Shown one piece after another: positions 24,802 through 36,212 of a DNA stretch of 64,000 bases. The position numbers were made by a program, and so were the translations under genes. The notes under the pieces are model-generated. The model did no database searches, had not been told where the DNA came from, and was given only the letters and a program-made list of their open reading frames with translations. Every line of letters begins with the position of its first letter. Position 1 is the first letter of the stretch. Source of the DNA: Azolla caroliniana (Eukaryota > Plantae > Polypodiophyta); assembly GCA_043228905.1 (NCBI GenBank), contig JBHGNT010000021.1, positions 2,666,001-2,730,000 on the forward strand, in the 5' to 3' direction.

Positions 24802-25659
24802 GTGGAGCGAGTGGTCAAAAGAGTCGGCCGTTTCAACGGGGACAAGGTCCCATTCTACTTGGAAGCCTACAACGCGGAAATGGAGGAGCGAGACGTAGAC
24901 GAGGTGTTGAGGCTGGAGTTCTTCTATCGGGTCGTCGTCGTCCGTATGCACGCGGAGGTGAAGGAGCTCCGAGAAGCTCATAGTTCGTGGGAGGCCTTCG
25001 AAGAGGCGCTCCTGCAAGCATATGGAGGATGTCGGAAGATCCGGGGACGACGCGGCTTCGACCAGTGGATAGCATTGGCGAAGACCCACCGGGGCGCAAC
25101 GAAAGCGTTCCAAGAGTTTGAGCGACGGCTTGCTCGGCTCTCGGAGTGGGAACAAGGTTTGGTGGGGGCGGACAAAGTCCTATTGTTCGTTAGGTCGATC
25201 GACCGAGTGGAACGGGAGGCCGTCGGGATTGAGCTCGAAGACGATGATAGAGCGAATGGGCTTACGGAGGACTGGTCGAAGGTTGGAAGGGTATGCCAAC
25301 GGCTAGATGACGAGCGAGCTGAGAAGGCTAAGAGGAAGGCGCATGACAACGTGCCATCACAGCGGGAAGAGGCCGAATGGCAAAGAGAGCCGGCAAGGCT
25401 TAGCGTCGGGGCCAGGATTGTGGAGGCGTACGCAGCTCTCAAGGCGATGCTCGAGGAAGAGGAAAGATCGAGGCCGCAAGCCAACACCGAGGAGACGGAC
25501 TTGCCCCACAAGATGGCAGAATATTGGTACGACGGTACCACGGGAGAGGGTGCGGAACAAAATGCCCTCTCGACTTGCGGAGCTAGAACGGCCGAGGACG
25601 AAGCCGAGATACCGATCGCAGAATTGGAACGTTGGGACCGGCGGTTTCGGGCACGTTAG
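24802..25659 (+). CDS. Gag-like (capsid-related) ORF of the non-autonomous element
   Basis: GRFNGDKVPFYLEAYN...SWEAFEEALLQAY resembles retrotransposon gag N-terminal capsid motifs; it lies ~500 bp downstream of the 5' LTR. Confidence 0.6.
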   Translation: MERVVKRVGRFNGDKVPFYLEAYNAEMEERDVDEVLRLEFFYRVVVVRMHAEVKELREAHSSWEAFEEALLQAYGGCRKIRGRRGFDQWIALAKTHRGATKAFQEFERRLARLSEWEQGLVGADKVLLFVRSIDRVEREAVGIELEDDDRANGLTEDWSKVGRVCQRLDDERAEKAKRKAHDNVPSQREEAEWQREPARLSVGARIVEAYAALKAMLEEEERSRPQANTEETDLPHKMAEYWYDGTTGEGAEQNALSTCGARTAEDEAEIPIAELERWDRRFRAR

Positions 25660-26852
25660 CCCGAAACCTCGGACATTGGAAAAGCAAGCCCAGGCAGGGC
25701 TTGCGCGATCGGTAAGGAGTCGACCACCGACCATGAGGAGCTGATGGCTACGGACACTTCGATTCGGGTGGGGAACGATCCGGTCGTGCATTATTCGACG
25801 GGGGCCGGAATAGGCATGAAGGTGCCGATACGAGAGAGGGTGCGGAACGAGCCGCCCTCTTTTACATGGGGAGAAAGACCGACCGAGCGAAGGTCAGAAC
25901 ATCGGGAAGAAGGTGATCAAGGGTTCGGATTGAGTCCGGCGAGGTCGGCATCAGAGCCGAAACCCCGGACATTGGAGAATCAAGCACATGCGGGGCTTGG
26001 TTGATCACAAAGCGGACGCTTTCCACCGACAACACTAAAAGGGTCGGTGGCCCTTGACGAGTCGCCGAAAGACGTTGAGAAATCGTTTACACCACATCTT
26101 GTCCGGAGACTTCGGCAGTTCGACCGACGTGGCAACGTGAGATTGAAAGAGATGGAAGATGGTGGTGGGAGCACAGCGAGGAGAACGACAACGAGTTCGG
26201 GAGAAGTACAGAGGATGAAGAGGAGAACGAAGACCAGTCCTACGGACATCCTAACACCGATCCGGCGGTCGGCCCGAGAGTTGGCATGAGTCCTATAGGA
26301 GAGATCGGTGGCAGCAGGTGAACGTGACAGGACGGCGAAGACGGCGAGCGGTGCTGCAGCGACCTTACACACACCGGTTCTAGAGACTCCGGCAGCCGAC
26401 GACAAGAGCCGGCGTGAGACCTAGAGGGAAGAACAGTGGCGGCGGCAAGGCGGGCAAACCGAGTTCCCACGAAGATCCTCACACCGATCCGGCGGTCAGC
26501 CCGAGAGCCGACATGAGTCCTATAGGAAAGGACGGTGGCGGCAGGTGAACGTGATCGGACGACGGAAAGCAGAGAAAGGAGGTATGAGGTCGGCGAGGCG
26601 GCCACGAACCGAATACGGGCCTGATTGGCAAGGTCGAAAAGACAAAGGTTGGACGCGCTTGGTACACGAGCGGTGACCCAACAAAACGGAGGCCCTAGAA
26701 GGATCCTTCACACATGCCCGGAGACCCCGGCTGTTCGGCCGACGTGGCAATGTGAGACCGAGGGTAACGGAAGGTGGCAACAAGGGGACAAAGGCAGCGA
26801 CGGCAGAGTCACCGACCAACCAAGGCGTTACGAGAAAGAAGGAGGTTGTGCG

Positions 26853-27285
26853 TGTTAACTCTTCGGGCCGGACAATGGCCTAACACAGGGTGTCTACGGG
26901 AGACACTTCACCAAAGGGTGTTACGGCAACCAGATTAGACTTCAACGCTTAATCCGACTTAATCAAGTTACTTATTAGGATCGTCTTCATAACACGCGTA
27001 AGATATAACAATTAAGACAGAACGGCAATTAACACAGAGATATAACAACGCTTAAGCTTTCATTAATTAACCGCTAACTATTACATTGTATCCGGGCCTT
27101 TAAATAGGTTTCCGGTCTGTATTACAAAACGGTGCCATCCGCACCTGTTCGGGATTGGTCCGGATACGGAACGGCATACCGATTCCGGTCTGTCCGTCCA
27201 CACTCATAGCTTAATTACAACCACATTCCTACTACTTAATTAGCTCTCCGTTTCCCACTCTAGACTCCTTTCCCGGCCGGTAACA
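26853..27285 (-). repeat. 3' LTR of the inner Ty3/gypsy element
   Basis: Direct repeat of 36213-36645 (offset 9360); minus-strand TATA-like CCTATTTAAAGG near 27100. Confidence 0.95.
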
Positions 27286-27287
27286 CA

Positions 27288-27304
27288 TGGCACGCCCATG
27301 GGAC
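27288..27304 (+). promoter_or_regulatory. Second, inverted PBS-like motif (tRNA-Arg-like) at the expected PPT position
   Basis: TGGCACGCCCATGGGAC begins 2 nt after the LTR's terminal CA. It resembles the complement of a plant tRNA-Arg(UCU) 3' end (recalled as TGGCACGCCCRGTGGGAC) with a 1-nt gap. There is no purine tract on the element's sense strand here. Confidence 0.6.
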
Positions 27305-27339
27305 AGTACCTTGTACGTCGAATCCACAACCGACCCTTG

Positions 27340-30099
27340 CTATTCTTCGTCCAAAATGTCCAGAATGCTTTGTTCGAGAGGCTCCAATGGTTCATCTGGA
27401 AGTGGTTGTTGTTGTTGCTGCTTTGTTGCTGTCTGCTGCGGCGGGTCCGTTGGTGGTTGTTGCGGCTGCTCCTCCGTTTGTGGCTCTGACACCGGCGTCT
27501 CCGTCGTTGCTCCCTGCGTCGTGGTGGTCTCCGGTTGACTGGTTCCCGGCTGGCCCTCAGCCGACGACGGTTCCTCATCACTAAGGTTAACCGTTGTCGC
27601 TTCCCATGCTTTTTCTTCCCGTACCCGAGACCGCTCGTAGCTTTCAAACTGGATTTGAGCGTCCAACCTATCATCGTCCAGCTGAGCTACGAGCTGCCTG
27701 ACCTGCGCCAGCTGTTCATCTGCCAGGACTTGGAAGTCGTCGGCCAGCTCGTCTCGTATGGCGGTGAAGTCCTCGGAAGTCAACGTATAACAGTCATCTC
27801 CTTCCTTCCGCCAGTTTGCCACATCCGCCCGTAGCAACTGGAGTTCCGCCGCGTTTTGTGCCCACTTTGTCCACCATTTTACGGAGCTTTCATCAATCAA
27901 GTGCTTCGTCTGATTCAGCCATGCTCGGAGGATGGACTGAATCTGGCTCGTTCCCAATTGCGATTTGGTTTCCGCCGCTTGCCGTTCCTCCTTCAGTTGT
28001 TTGATGATTTTTACGTTGTCCTCCGCCTGCGCCTTGTAATGCGTCAATTGCCTTTGATATGTACAGTTTTGTAATTTCTGCAATACTGTTGACGCTCTCT
28101 CTTTGTCTTCCTGCTGCTGCCTCTGGAGCTCCATCCGGACCTTCTCCGCCTCTTCCAAGCGTCTTGTATTTTCCGCCCGTTCGTCGGCGATCGCCGTCGC
28201 GGCCCGATCAACTGCCTGCTGGAGCTCGGCCATCCGTTCTTTATGCTCCGTTTCCAGCCGTTTGTAGTCCCGGTGCAGGTGCTCAAAATCATCCGTCTTT
28301 TGCTTGAGCCATGCGTTGATCTGACGACGGGCCCGGTCCTCGCGGTCCTTCTGTTGGCGGAGCTCTTCCTTTAGCCGTTCAATCTCTATTTCCGCCGTTT
28401 TCCGCAGCTTGTCCTTTTCCTGCAGCACTTTGTCTTTCTCCTCCTTTAGCCGGTCGTACGCTTGATGGCCTTTCCGGAGGCTCTCCTCTGCCCGGCGGAG
28501 GTTCTCAACAGTCTTCTTTAATTCGGCTTCGGCCGCCGTCTTCAATTCTCGTTCACGGCTCCTTAGCGCTTCTTGTGCGGCAAGTTCCTCTCTCAATTCC
28601 GCAAGCTCCCGAGCTTGCGCCGCATCTCTCGCCGGAACGGTTTCCGTTGCCGGGGTCTTATTGTTATGTACAGGTCATTCCGTTTCATTATTCTGTACAC
28701 TTACTGGAGTCACCGGTGATTGGATCCGTATTTTGGCCATCTCTGTCGTGACCTTATCCAAATCTTTTTCAAGGCACCGGATTCTGGACCGGGCCGTCTC
28801 TAGTTGTTCGGTTGTGACGAGCAACCGTTCGCTTTGCGCTCTTTCTTCCGCCTCTATATACCCCACTGCTCCGGCTATCTGTTCGCCTATCCACCAGAGC
28901 CACAGGCTACCGGTGCCTTGTTGTGCTTGCACGAAGGTTTGATAGATGGGCTCACTTGTAGAGGGGTGGTCCCGCCTGGTTGCGCCGAGTTGCAGTTCCT
29001 TTTCTGCCCATGGACCATCCTGCTGTCCTGGTTCCCCTTGCGCTTCTTCTTGGCTGACCGAGGGAGGCTGCAGTGACCTTTCCGGCTCTGGCGGGATGGG
29101 ACATGCTGGTGGTGCCGGGGCTTCTGTTTCCGGTGCCATCTGCACCGGTTCCGGTTCCTTCCTTGGCGTAGGAGTCTCAGTATGGGGAGCCGGTGTTCCC
29201 TCCGTCTGAGGGTCCGAACGTTTCCCGACTGTCTCAACGGTCCTTGCCGACGACCGTCGCTGGAGATGCTCCGTAGGCTCCTCCTCTAATTCCTTCTCCT
29301 GAGCTCCGGCATTGAGTTTTGCCGCCAAGGGGTCCACTTCTCGATTCACCGATCGGCGGAGTGTGACCTTTACGGGCCGTGCCGGTGGTTCCTCCTACGC
29401 CTCCGTTGGGCACTTCCGGCTTCCGCTTCCTGTTGCCGCCTGTTCTGCATCCACCGCCTTTCCCTTACTGGCCTTAGAGGCCAACAACTATTGCCGTTTG
29501 GAAGCCGTCCTTGGGGTGCCGTCCGGCACTCTTCCTCGCTTCTTGGGTTGGACGGTCTGAACGGGTGGCACCAGCAAGGTGAGCCACTGCGTTACCACGT
29601 GCCATATCCTTTGTCCGTCCCGGCCTTCTTTACCGTCTTTGCCTCTGACGATCTCGATCGCCGCACACAACCCGTCTGCAATCAATACCGGCCAATCCAC
29701 CTTGATCCCTTCATAGGTGGCGATGATCATCCCTGCCCGGTTCTGCGGCATGACAGGGGGTCTAGGGTATACGTGGCCGTATTCATGGAGCACACGAGCA
29801 ATTTCGCAGAACAGCATATCTCCGCCGCCCTGTGTCCGGTAGCCCTTGCTGGCTAGAGAGTACTCACCAAAATACCCGATGAGTTGCTCCGGGGTTGGAT
29901 TGTCGATCGTGAGTATGCCTCCCTCCGGAAGGCCTGTTAACGCTCGAATCGCCTCTGCCGTTATGACCTCTGTATCGATTTCCTTGATCACTTTGTCAGC
30001 TTCTTTGTGTGGCGGTACTTCCATCATCATCAAGAAGCCCCCGAGCCCATGTTGCTTCAGCCATATCTTGGCGGCTTCCGACAGCGTTTGCGGGTCCAT
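27340..30099 (-). pseudogene. Extra retrotransposon ORF (~919 codons; globular N-terminus, Pro/Glu-rich linker, long coiled coil, Gln/acidic tail), broken by 3 in-frame stops
   Basis: ORFs 29488-30099, 28675-29349 and 27340-28596 share one frame and are separated only by TAG 29488-29490, TAG 29395-29397 and TGA 28675-28677. Confidence 0.8.
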
Positions 30100-30197
30100 C
30101 TCTGTGTCGGGGTCGGATTGCGGTGGCGAGGATGGATGGTGATGAGAGTGGGGTTGAGAAAGAGAGAGTTTCAGTTATTATTATTATTAGTGTGACG

Positions 30198-33100
30198 TCA
30201 CATGTCCGTTGGTCCTCCCGGACCCTTACCGGCCTCATTCTCTCCGGTTCCCGGCTTGCCGTCTCTACCGTCTTGGTGGTTGTCATCGGTCCTTTGCTCA
30301 AACGGGTTCTTAGGCATCGGTCCTCTATATGCCTTTAACCGGAATCCGTTGACCCATTTGCCCAGCACTTCGCCGGCAAGTGTCCCCAACTGGTAGGACC
30401 CATTATACTCCCGTGTTAGCCAATATGGTCCGGTCCATCTGAACCTTAGTTTATCCGGCATCTTGCCCATCCGGGTTTGGAATACTAACACTGGTTTGCC
30501 GATTGGCCGAGAAAGTGCCCCCCTTGGTCGCTTATTAATTCGATTGGGCATCCATAACGGCACCAGATGTACTCGTATAGAAATTTCGCCGTTGACGCAG
30601 CGATGTTGTCTCTTAAGGCTTTGGCCTCCACCCATTTCGTGCAGTAATCCGTCGCGACCATGACGTACCGATTACCCGTTCTCATTGCGGGTGGTTTGAA
30701 CGGTCCAACAAAGTCCAGCCCCCACTTCTGGAATGGCTCGAGTGGTAGTACCGGCTGGTGTGGCATACGAGCCTGCTCCGTTGGCTGGCCCATTCGCTGG
30801 CATAGGTCACATTCTTTTGCATACCGTACCGCATCTCTTAATGTCGTTGGTCACCATAGGCCACTTTGCCATATTTTCCTGGCCGTCGCATCTCCGGCAT
30901 AGTGACCTCCGGCAACTCCGTAGTGGGCTTCCCTCAGTATCATTTCCTTTTCATTGCTGCGCACCGCCCGTCTCCATATGCCGTCAGCACCCTTGTGGTA
31001 CAGTGTGTCTCGCAGTAAGCAGAAATGTCGGCTTTGTACCGCCAGGCGTTTCCGTTCGTCCCGGTTCAGCTCTTCCGGAGGCAGTCCTGTGCTTAGAAAC
31101 TGGTGCATATTTGTGAGCCACTTGTCTTCCTAGGCCACTATCTCATCTGCTGTCGTCTCCGTAGTGACTCGAAACAGTTCCGCATCCGAAAACTCATCCG
31201 GTACTCCGTCCCCCGTCTCTCCGGACTCCAATCGGCTTAAGTAATCCGCTACGGCATGCTGTATACCGGGTCGGTGGAATATTTCAAACTCGAACTCCTG
31301 TAACAATAAGGTCCACCGGGCCAATTTGCCGATGAGTGACGCCTTGGATACCAGGTAAAGGAGTGCCGAATGATCTACATGGAAGGAAAACTTCCTTCCC
31401 AATAAATAGTGCCGAAACTTTGTCACACTGTAGATCATTCCTAGAGCTTCCCGTTCCGTAGTAGAGTAGTTCCGTTCTGCTTGGGATAGCTTCCGGCTGG
31501 CATAGTACACTGGCCGGTACCACTTTGGTTCCGTAAGCTGCATCAGTACGCTTCCGATTGCGATGTTGGAGGCGTCCACGAACATGTGAAATTCTTTACT
31601 CCAATCTGGAGGTTGTACTACCGGTGCCTGCGACAATAGTACCTTGAGGGCCTTATGCGCCCTATCCTCAGTATCGGTCCACTGGAATGGTGTCCGATGT
31701 ACGGCGGCATGCAACGGTGTAGCCAGGTCGGCCAAGTATCGGAGCATCCGGCTGTGCCACCGGATCTGGCCTAAGAACCGGCTTAATGCCTTTGCCGTTG
31801 CCGGCGCCGGTGCTTCTAATATGGCTTTCACTTTGTCCGGGTCGACTGCAATACCTTCCTGGCTCACGATATGTCCTAATAAAGTTCCACTAGACACGCC
31901 AAATACACACTTTGCCGGATTCAAGCTTAGCCGGTACGCTCTACACTTTTCTAGACAAAGACGGAGGTGCTGAAAATGGTCCTCCTCCCGACTATAGACG
32001 GCGAAATCGTCAAGGAAAACCTGCATAAAAGCCGGTATATATTCACCAAAGATTTCCATGATGATTCTTTGAAACGTTGTCGGTGCTGTTTTGAGTCCGA
32101 ACATCATCACCACGGCCACAAACACCCCCCATTCGGTGACGAATGTCGTTTTCTCCTGGTCGTCGGGGTGCATCCGAATCTGATTATACCCGCTGAATCC
32201 GTCTAGAAAGCTATAGACCTCATGGCTGGCGACGACATCCAACACTCCATCTGTGAACGGAAGTGGAAACGCATCCGTTACCGTAGCCGCATTGAGTTTC
32301 CGGTAATCCACGCAAACTCGAATTTTTCCGTTCTTCTTCGGTACAACTACGATCGGGCTCAGCCATGTCGCTTTCTTTACCGGACGGATAAAGCCAACTC
32401 TTAGCAGTTTGTCGATTTCTTCCTTGACCTTGGCAGCATAATTGGGATTCATCCGGTACCGTCTTTGTGCCACTGGTTTTGCGTCCTTGCTCAAGTGTAC
32501 TTGATGCTGGTATAACTGAGGGTCGAGTCCTCGCATATCTTCGTATGACCAGGCGAACACATCCCAGAATTCCGTGAGAAGTGTTATCATCGTCGTTTTG
32601 TCTTCGGACTTCATCTCCTTGGCGATGTGCACCGGTTTTGCTTCGTCCGTGGTGCCTAAATTCACCTCTTCCAGTTGCGATGCTTTTACGCGCTATGAAA
32701 CGGCCATTTCCCGTTCCAACGCTTCCTGCGCTTGCCGTAACTCCCGGATTGCGTCTTTATCCGGTTCTGCTTCCGCCTCTTCCGGTTGCGGTAAATACGG
32801 TGCTACGGCTTCGGCAATGTCAATTTCGAAGAGGGGTATGATCTTCGGGTTTTCCTGCAGGTATTGAGCTTCTTCTTCGTCCGCTAACCCTTCTAGCATG
32901 TTGACGCATTCCGCATACAACGGTGTACAGTCCTTGCCAGTGCTCGTCCTTGGCTGTGTTGGTACCCGTACCTTGGCTTTTCCTCGCCGGAAGGTAATTA
33001 TATTTTTTTGCCAATTCTGTTTGATATGTGTCGTTTTCAACCATGGCCGCCCCAGCAATAGCGGGTATGCGCCTTGTGCCTGTAATTGTAGCACTACGGC

Positions 33101-36100
33101 CGAGATGTGAAATGTATGCCCGCCGACGGTGACTTCTAATTTCCGTATTAATCCTGTCGGCCGCACTGAGCTTGTATCGGCCATCCGCAACCAGAACGGA
33201 CACGGCTCCCACTCGTGGATTCCTAGGTCCTCACACGTCCGGAGGCTTATTACATTTACCCCAGAGCCTCCGTCTATAACTGTGCCGGGGAGTTCTTTCC
33301 CTTTTACAATGGCAGTGATTACCGGACTGCTGGTGTCTACCACTGTTGGTCCCTCCTCCGGATTCGAGAAGAGTACCAGTGCCGGTGATGGTTCTCCTGC
33401 CGTCATGGCCGTCTTCAGTCCTTCCGTGAATCTTGGCACGAGTTGTAGGAGTCTTCCTAGTGGTAACGTAATCTGGCATTCTTGCAACGCCTGCCATGTC
33501 TCGTTCTCGGAGTGACTACCGCCGGCAAGCCCTGCGGTGTTCTCCTTTTGCTGTTGTAAGTCTGGGACATTCCGCTCGTTTGCTTTCTTTACCCATTCCG
33601 TTGCTTGTTTCCGGATGGTCTCCTGTGTCTCCCATTCTTTGGCCATGCCCTTCGACCTTGTGGTCACCTGCTGCAGGTCTGCCACCTCAGGGACTACCAT
33701 ATTTACCGCCGGTCGTTTTTCATAGCTCTTCACCGGGCATTGGTTACTATAATGGCCTTCCTGTCTGCAATAGTAGCAGTAGGCTTTCCGGGCATTGCTA
33801 GATTCGGCATTGTCTGTTGTGCCCGGGGCAGGTCCTACGGTACGCGCGGGGTTTTGTACCGATTGGCTACTTGGAGCTCCTTGTTCAGGATCCCGGGGGT
33901 AGCCGCCTTTTTTAAAATGCCGTTTTTTGTTATAGCTTTTCTTATTACGGTACTCTTGACGGGGTTGCCCGTTATATCTGCCGTATTCCTCCCGTTGCTG
34001 ACGATACCCGGGGGAGTGCTCCCGGTCGTACTGTTCGTATCGTCTATTGTAATCCTGGTACCGATCATGCCGGTCATAGTTTTCTCGCCGATCACCGTAC
34101 CGGTCATCATTTTCCCGTCGCTCGCCGTACCGGACATTATTTTCCCGTCGCTCGCCATACCGGACATCCTGTGCCGGTCGGTCACGGTCCATTTCTCGCC
34201 AGCGTTCGTCTTCTTCATCCCAGCTGCTGCGTGGCTCAATTTGTCGGACGGGCGGTGCTTGCCGAGTCAATAGATTATACTCGCACCTATCCGTCGTATG
34301 GCTCTTGGATTGACAGATTACACATTGCGTCCTCATAGTGCATTCTAGAGCCGAGTGTCCGGAATTCAAGCAGGTTGTGCACTGTATTGCTTGCCGAAAC
34401 CGGAGGTCTTCATCGGATGGTAACGCCCATTGAAGTGCACCCAGTGTGAGCCAGGAGTTTGTCTTTTCCATCTCTTTCACCCGATCAATGACTGATGGAA
34501 ACAATCGACACTTTCCAAACTTCACCTCTCGGCCACAACCAAGGAAACACACGAATCGTTGTTGCAGAAAATGGGAAATGCAGAAGTAAATAAGTGGACA
34601 CACGATTTAACGTGGAAAACCCTGTACGGGAAAAACCACGGGAGTACAAGACTCCAAATCAAAACTATGCACAGAGAAATATACAATGGCGAGCTGCAAG
34701 GCGACGACCTTGAGCTCGCTGTCCTCGCCACAGGCGGCGGAAATACACAGAGGCGTCGACCTCTTCCTCTCTCACGCTCTATCTCTCTCACGGCTGCTCT
34801 CTCTTCACTCCTCTTGAGTGGAAAAACAGAAAAATGAGTAGCAACTCTAAAACTGTTTGCCCTAAGTCATATTTATACACATATGACTTTGGGGCTATTT
34901 ACAACTATAGCCTCAAGGGCCCTTGGCAAACATATTCACAGATATGTCCCCGCATCCGGATCTCTCTCCGGGTACATTCGTCGTCCGGCTCCGAAGTCGG
35001 GGTCTTCATCATCCGGTTCCGAAACCGAAACCGGGCTTGTCGGCATTCATCTCCGACATCCGACCATCCCAAACGAAGGGACCGTAATCCCAACAATGAC
35101 CTGGTCGATGGTACTTGTGCGGAAATCGATTACTGTGCAAACCGTGCGTAGGGGTTCCCGGAGCGCATTTAGGAATATCGTCCGTAATTCCTCCTCCGAG
35201 GGTGCACGGGTAAGCTGACTATGCATCCGTTGAAACCGGATGACAAATTGGGGAATGCTCTCCCCTGCCTCTTGCCGGATGGTATAAAATAAGCCTACCA
35301 TTACGGTCTGGTCCACCTCCTTTTGAAAAAAATGCATGAATTTAGCTTTTAAATCTGCAAAGGTGTTGATGGTAGACGGGTCCTGCGTCCGGCGCCATCT
35401 TGCTGCTGGTCCCTCCAATGTGACGCCAAATTCCGCTATCTTAGAGCGTTCTTCTTCTTCTGGGGTCAATCGCTGGGACACATGGTTGGCTTCCCATGTC
35501 TGTTCAAAGGCGTGCACATGAGCTTCCGCGTCCGGATCATCTCTATATTTGGAGTACTGGAACGGCATGTCGTCGTCCGGTATTGGTGCGCGGGCTGGTA
35601 GTGTTGGTGCTCGTTCCGGAATTTTCTCCGGTGTCTGTGGTCTTTCCCGATTTGATTCCGGTGTCGGTTGTTTCTCTTCCTTTGGTGACGGAGGCCTCTC
35701 CTCTTCGACTTCCGGTGTCGGAGGTCGTTCTTCTTCTGCTGGTTCCGGGGGTTCCAGCGTTAGCACTTCCGGTTCTGGTTCCGGTGTCGGTAAGGTATCC
35801 GATCCTTCGTCCTCCGGTCCGCCCGGGGTTTCGTTGCTGCTACGGTAGTTCGTGTGCACGCTGTATTCCCCTTCGGAGTCCGATTCATATGCTGAAAAGG
35901 CCTCTGCTTTGCCTTCTCCGTTTGCCAACGTGTGGAGAAGGGATTCGGTTTCTCGGAGGCTGCTTAGGCTGCTGCCGTCATCCGGGTGCGATGTTTGCTG
36001 TAACCAGAGGGAGTCCTCCGCTACTCTCCGGATTACGTTGGAAAACGAGCGATCCGCTCTAATTTCCTGCGCCGCTTGCTGGAAAGCCTTGCGTCTCCTT

Positions 36101-36159
36101 TGCCTTTCGGCAAGGCGTCGAGTTCGATCTGTAACCAGGTCGTGCGTTGATCTAGACAT
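30198..36159 (-). pseudogene. gag-pol polyprotein of the inner Ty3/gypsy element
   Basis: ATG at 36159; capsid (EGPAARW...IRQEAGESIPQF); three CCHC knuckles; PR IDGGSG; RT VDYRKLN / FLDGFSGYNQI / FLDD; RH VDASN; INT HHCC, WGLDFVGP, SDQG and RWTGPYW. One frame after removing the solo LTR, with stops at 32693, 31130 and 30851 and a deletion in INT near 30505. Confidence 0.92.
34493..35095 (-). mobile_element. Solo LTR (603 bp) inserted in gag
   Basis: TGATGG...CCCAACA flanked by a perfect TSD ATGAC (34488-34492 and 35096-35100). Excision restores STIDQVI-DRVKEM in frame. A minus-strand TATAAAT lies near 34875. Confidence 0.92.
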
Positions 36160-36195
36160 CCATCCGTGCCGTCGTTCACTGCAAAAACAGGAATC

Positions 36196-36205
36196 GTGGT
36201 CGCCA
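36196..36205 (-). promoter_or_regulatory. Primer-binding site of the inner element (tRNA-Arg-like)
   Basis: The minus strand reads LTR-CA cagtttt TGGCGACCAC. The 10 nt match the complement of a plant tRNA-Arg(UCG) 3' end as recalled, and the site lies just upstream of the gag ATG. Confidence 0.65.
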
Positions 36206-36212
36206 AAAACTG

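Noticed and set aside
32693-32695. Programmed stop-codon readthrough between PR and RT
   Set aside because: The position is atypical for gag/pol readthrough, and similar TAG stops are scattered through the element, so mutation is more parsimonious.
34493-34603. Apparent start MCPLIYFC... of the 636 aa ORF
   Set aside because: It is read-in from the inserted solo LTR; the true frame continues from gag at 35096.
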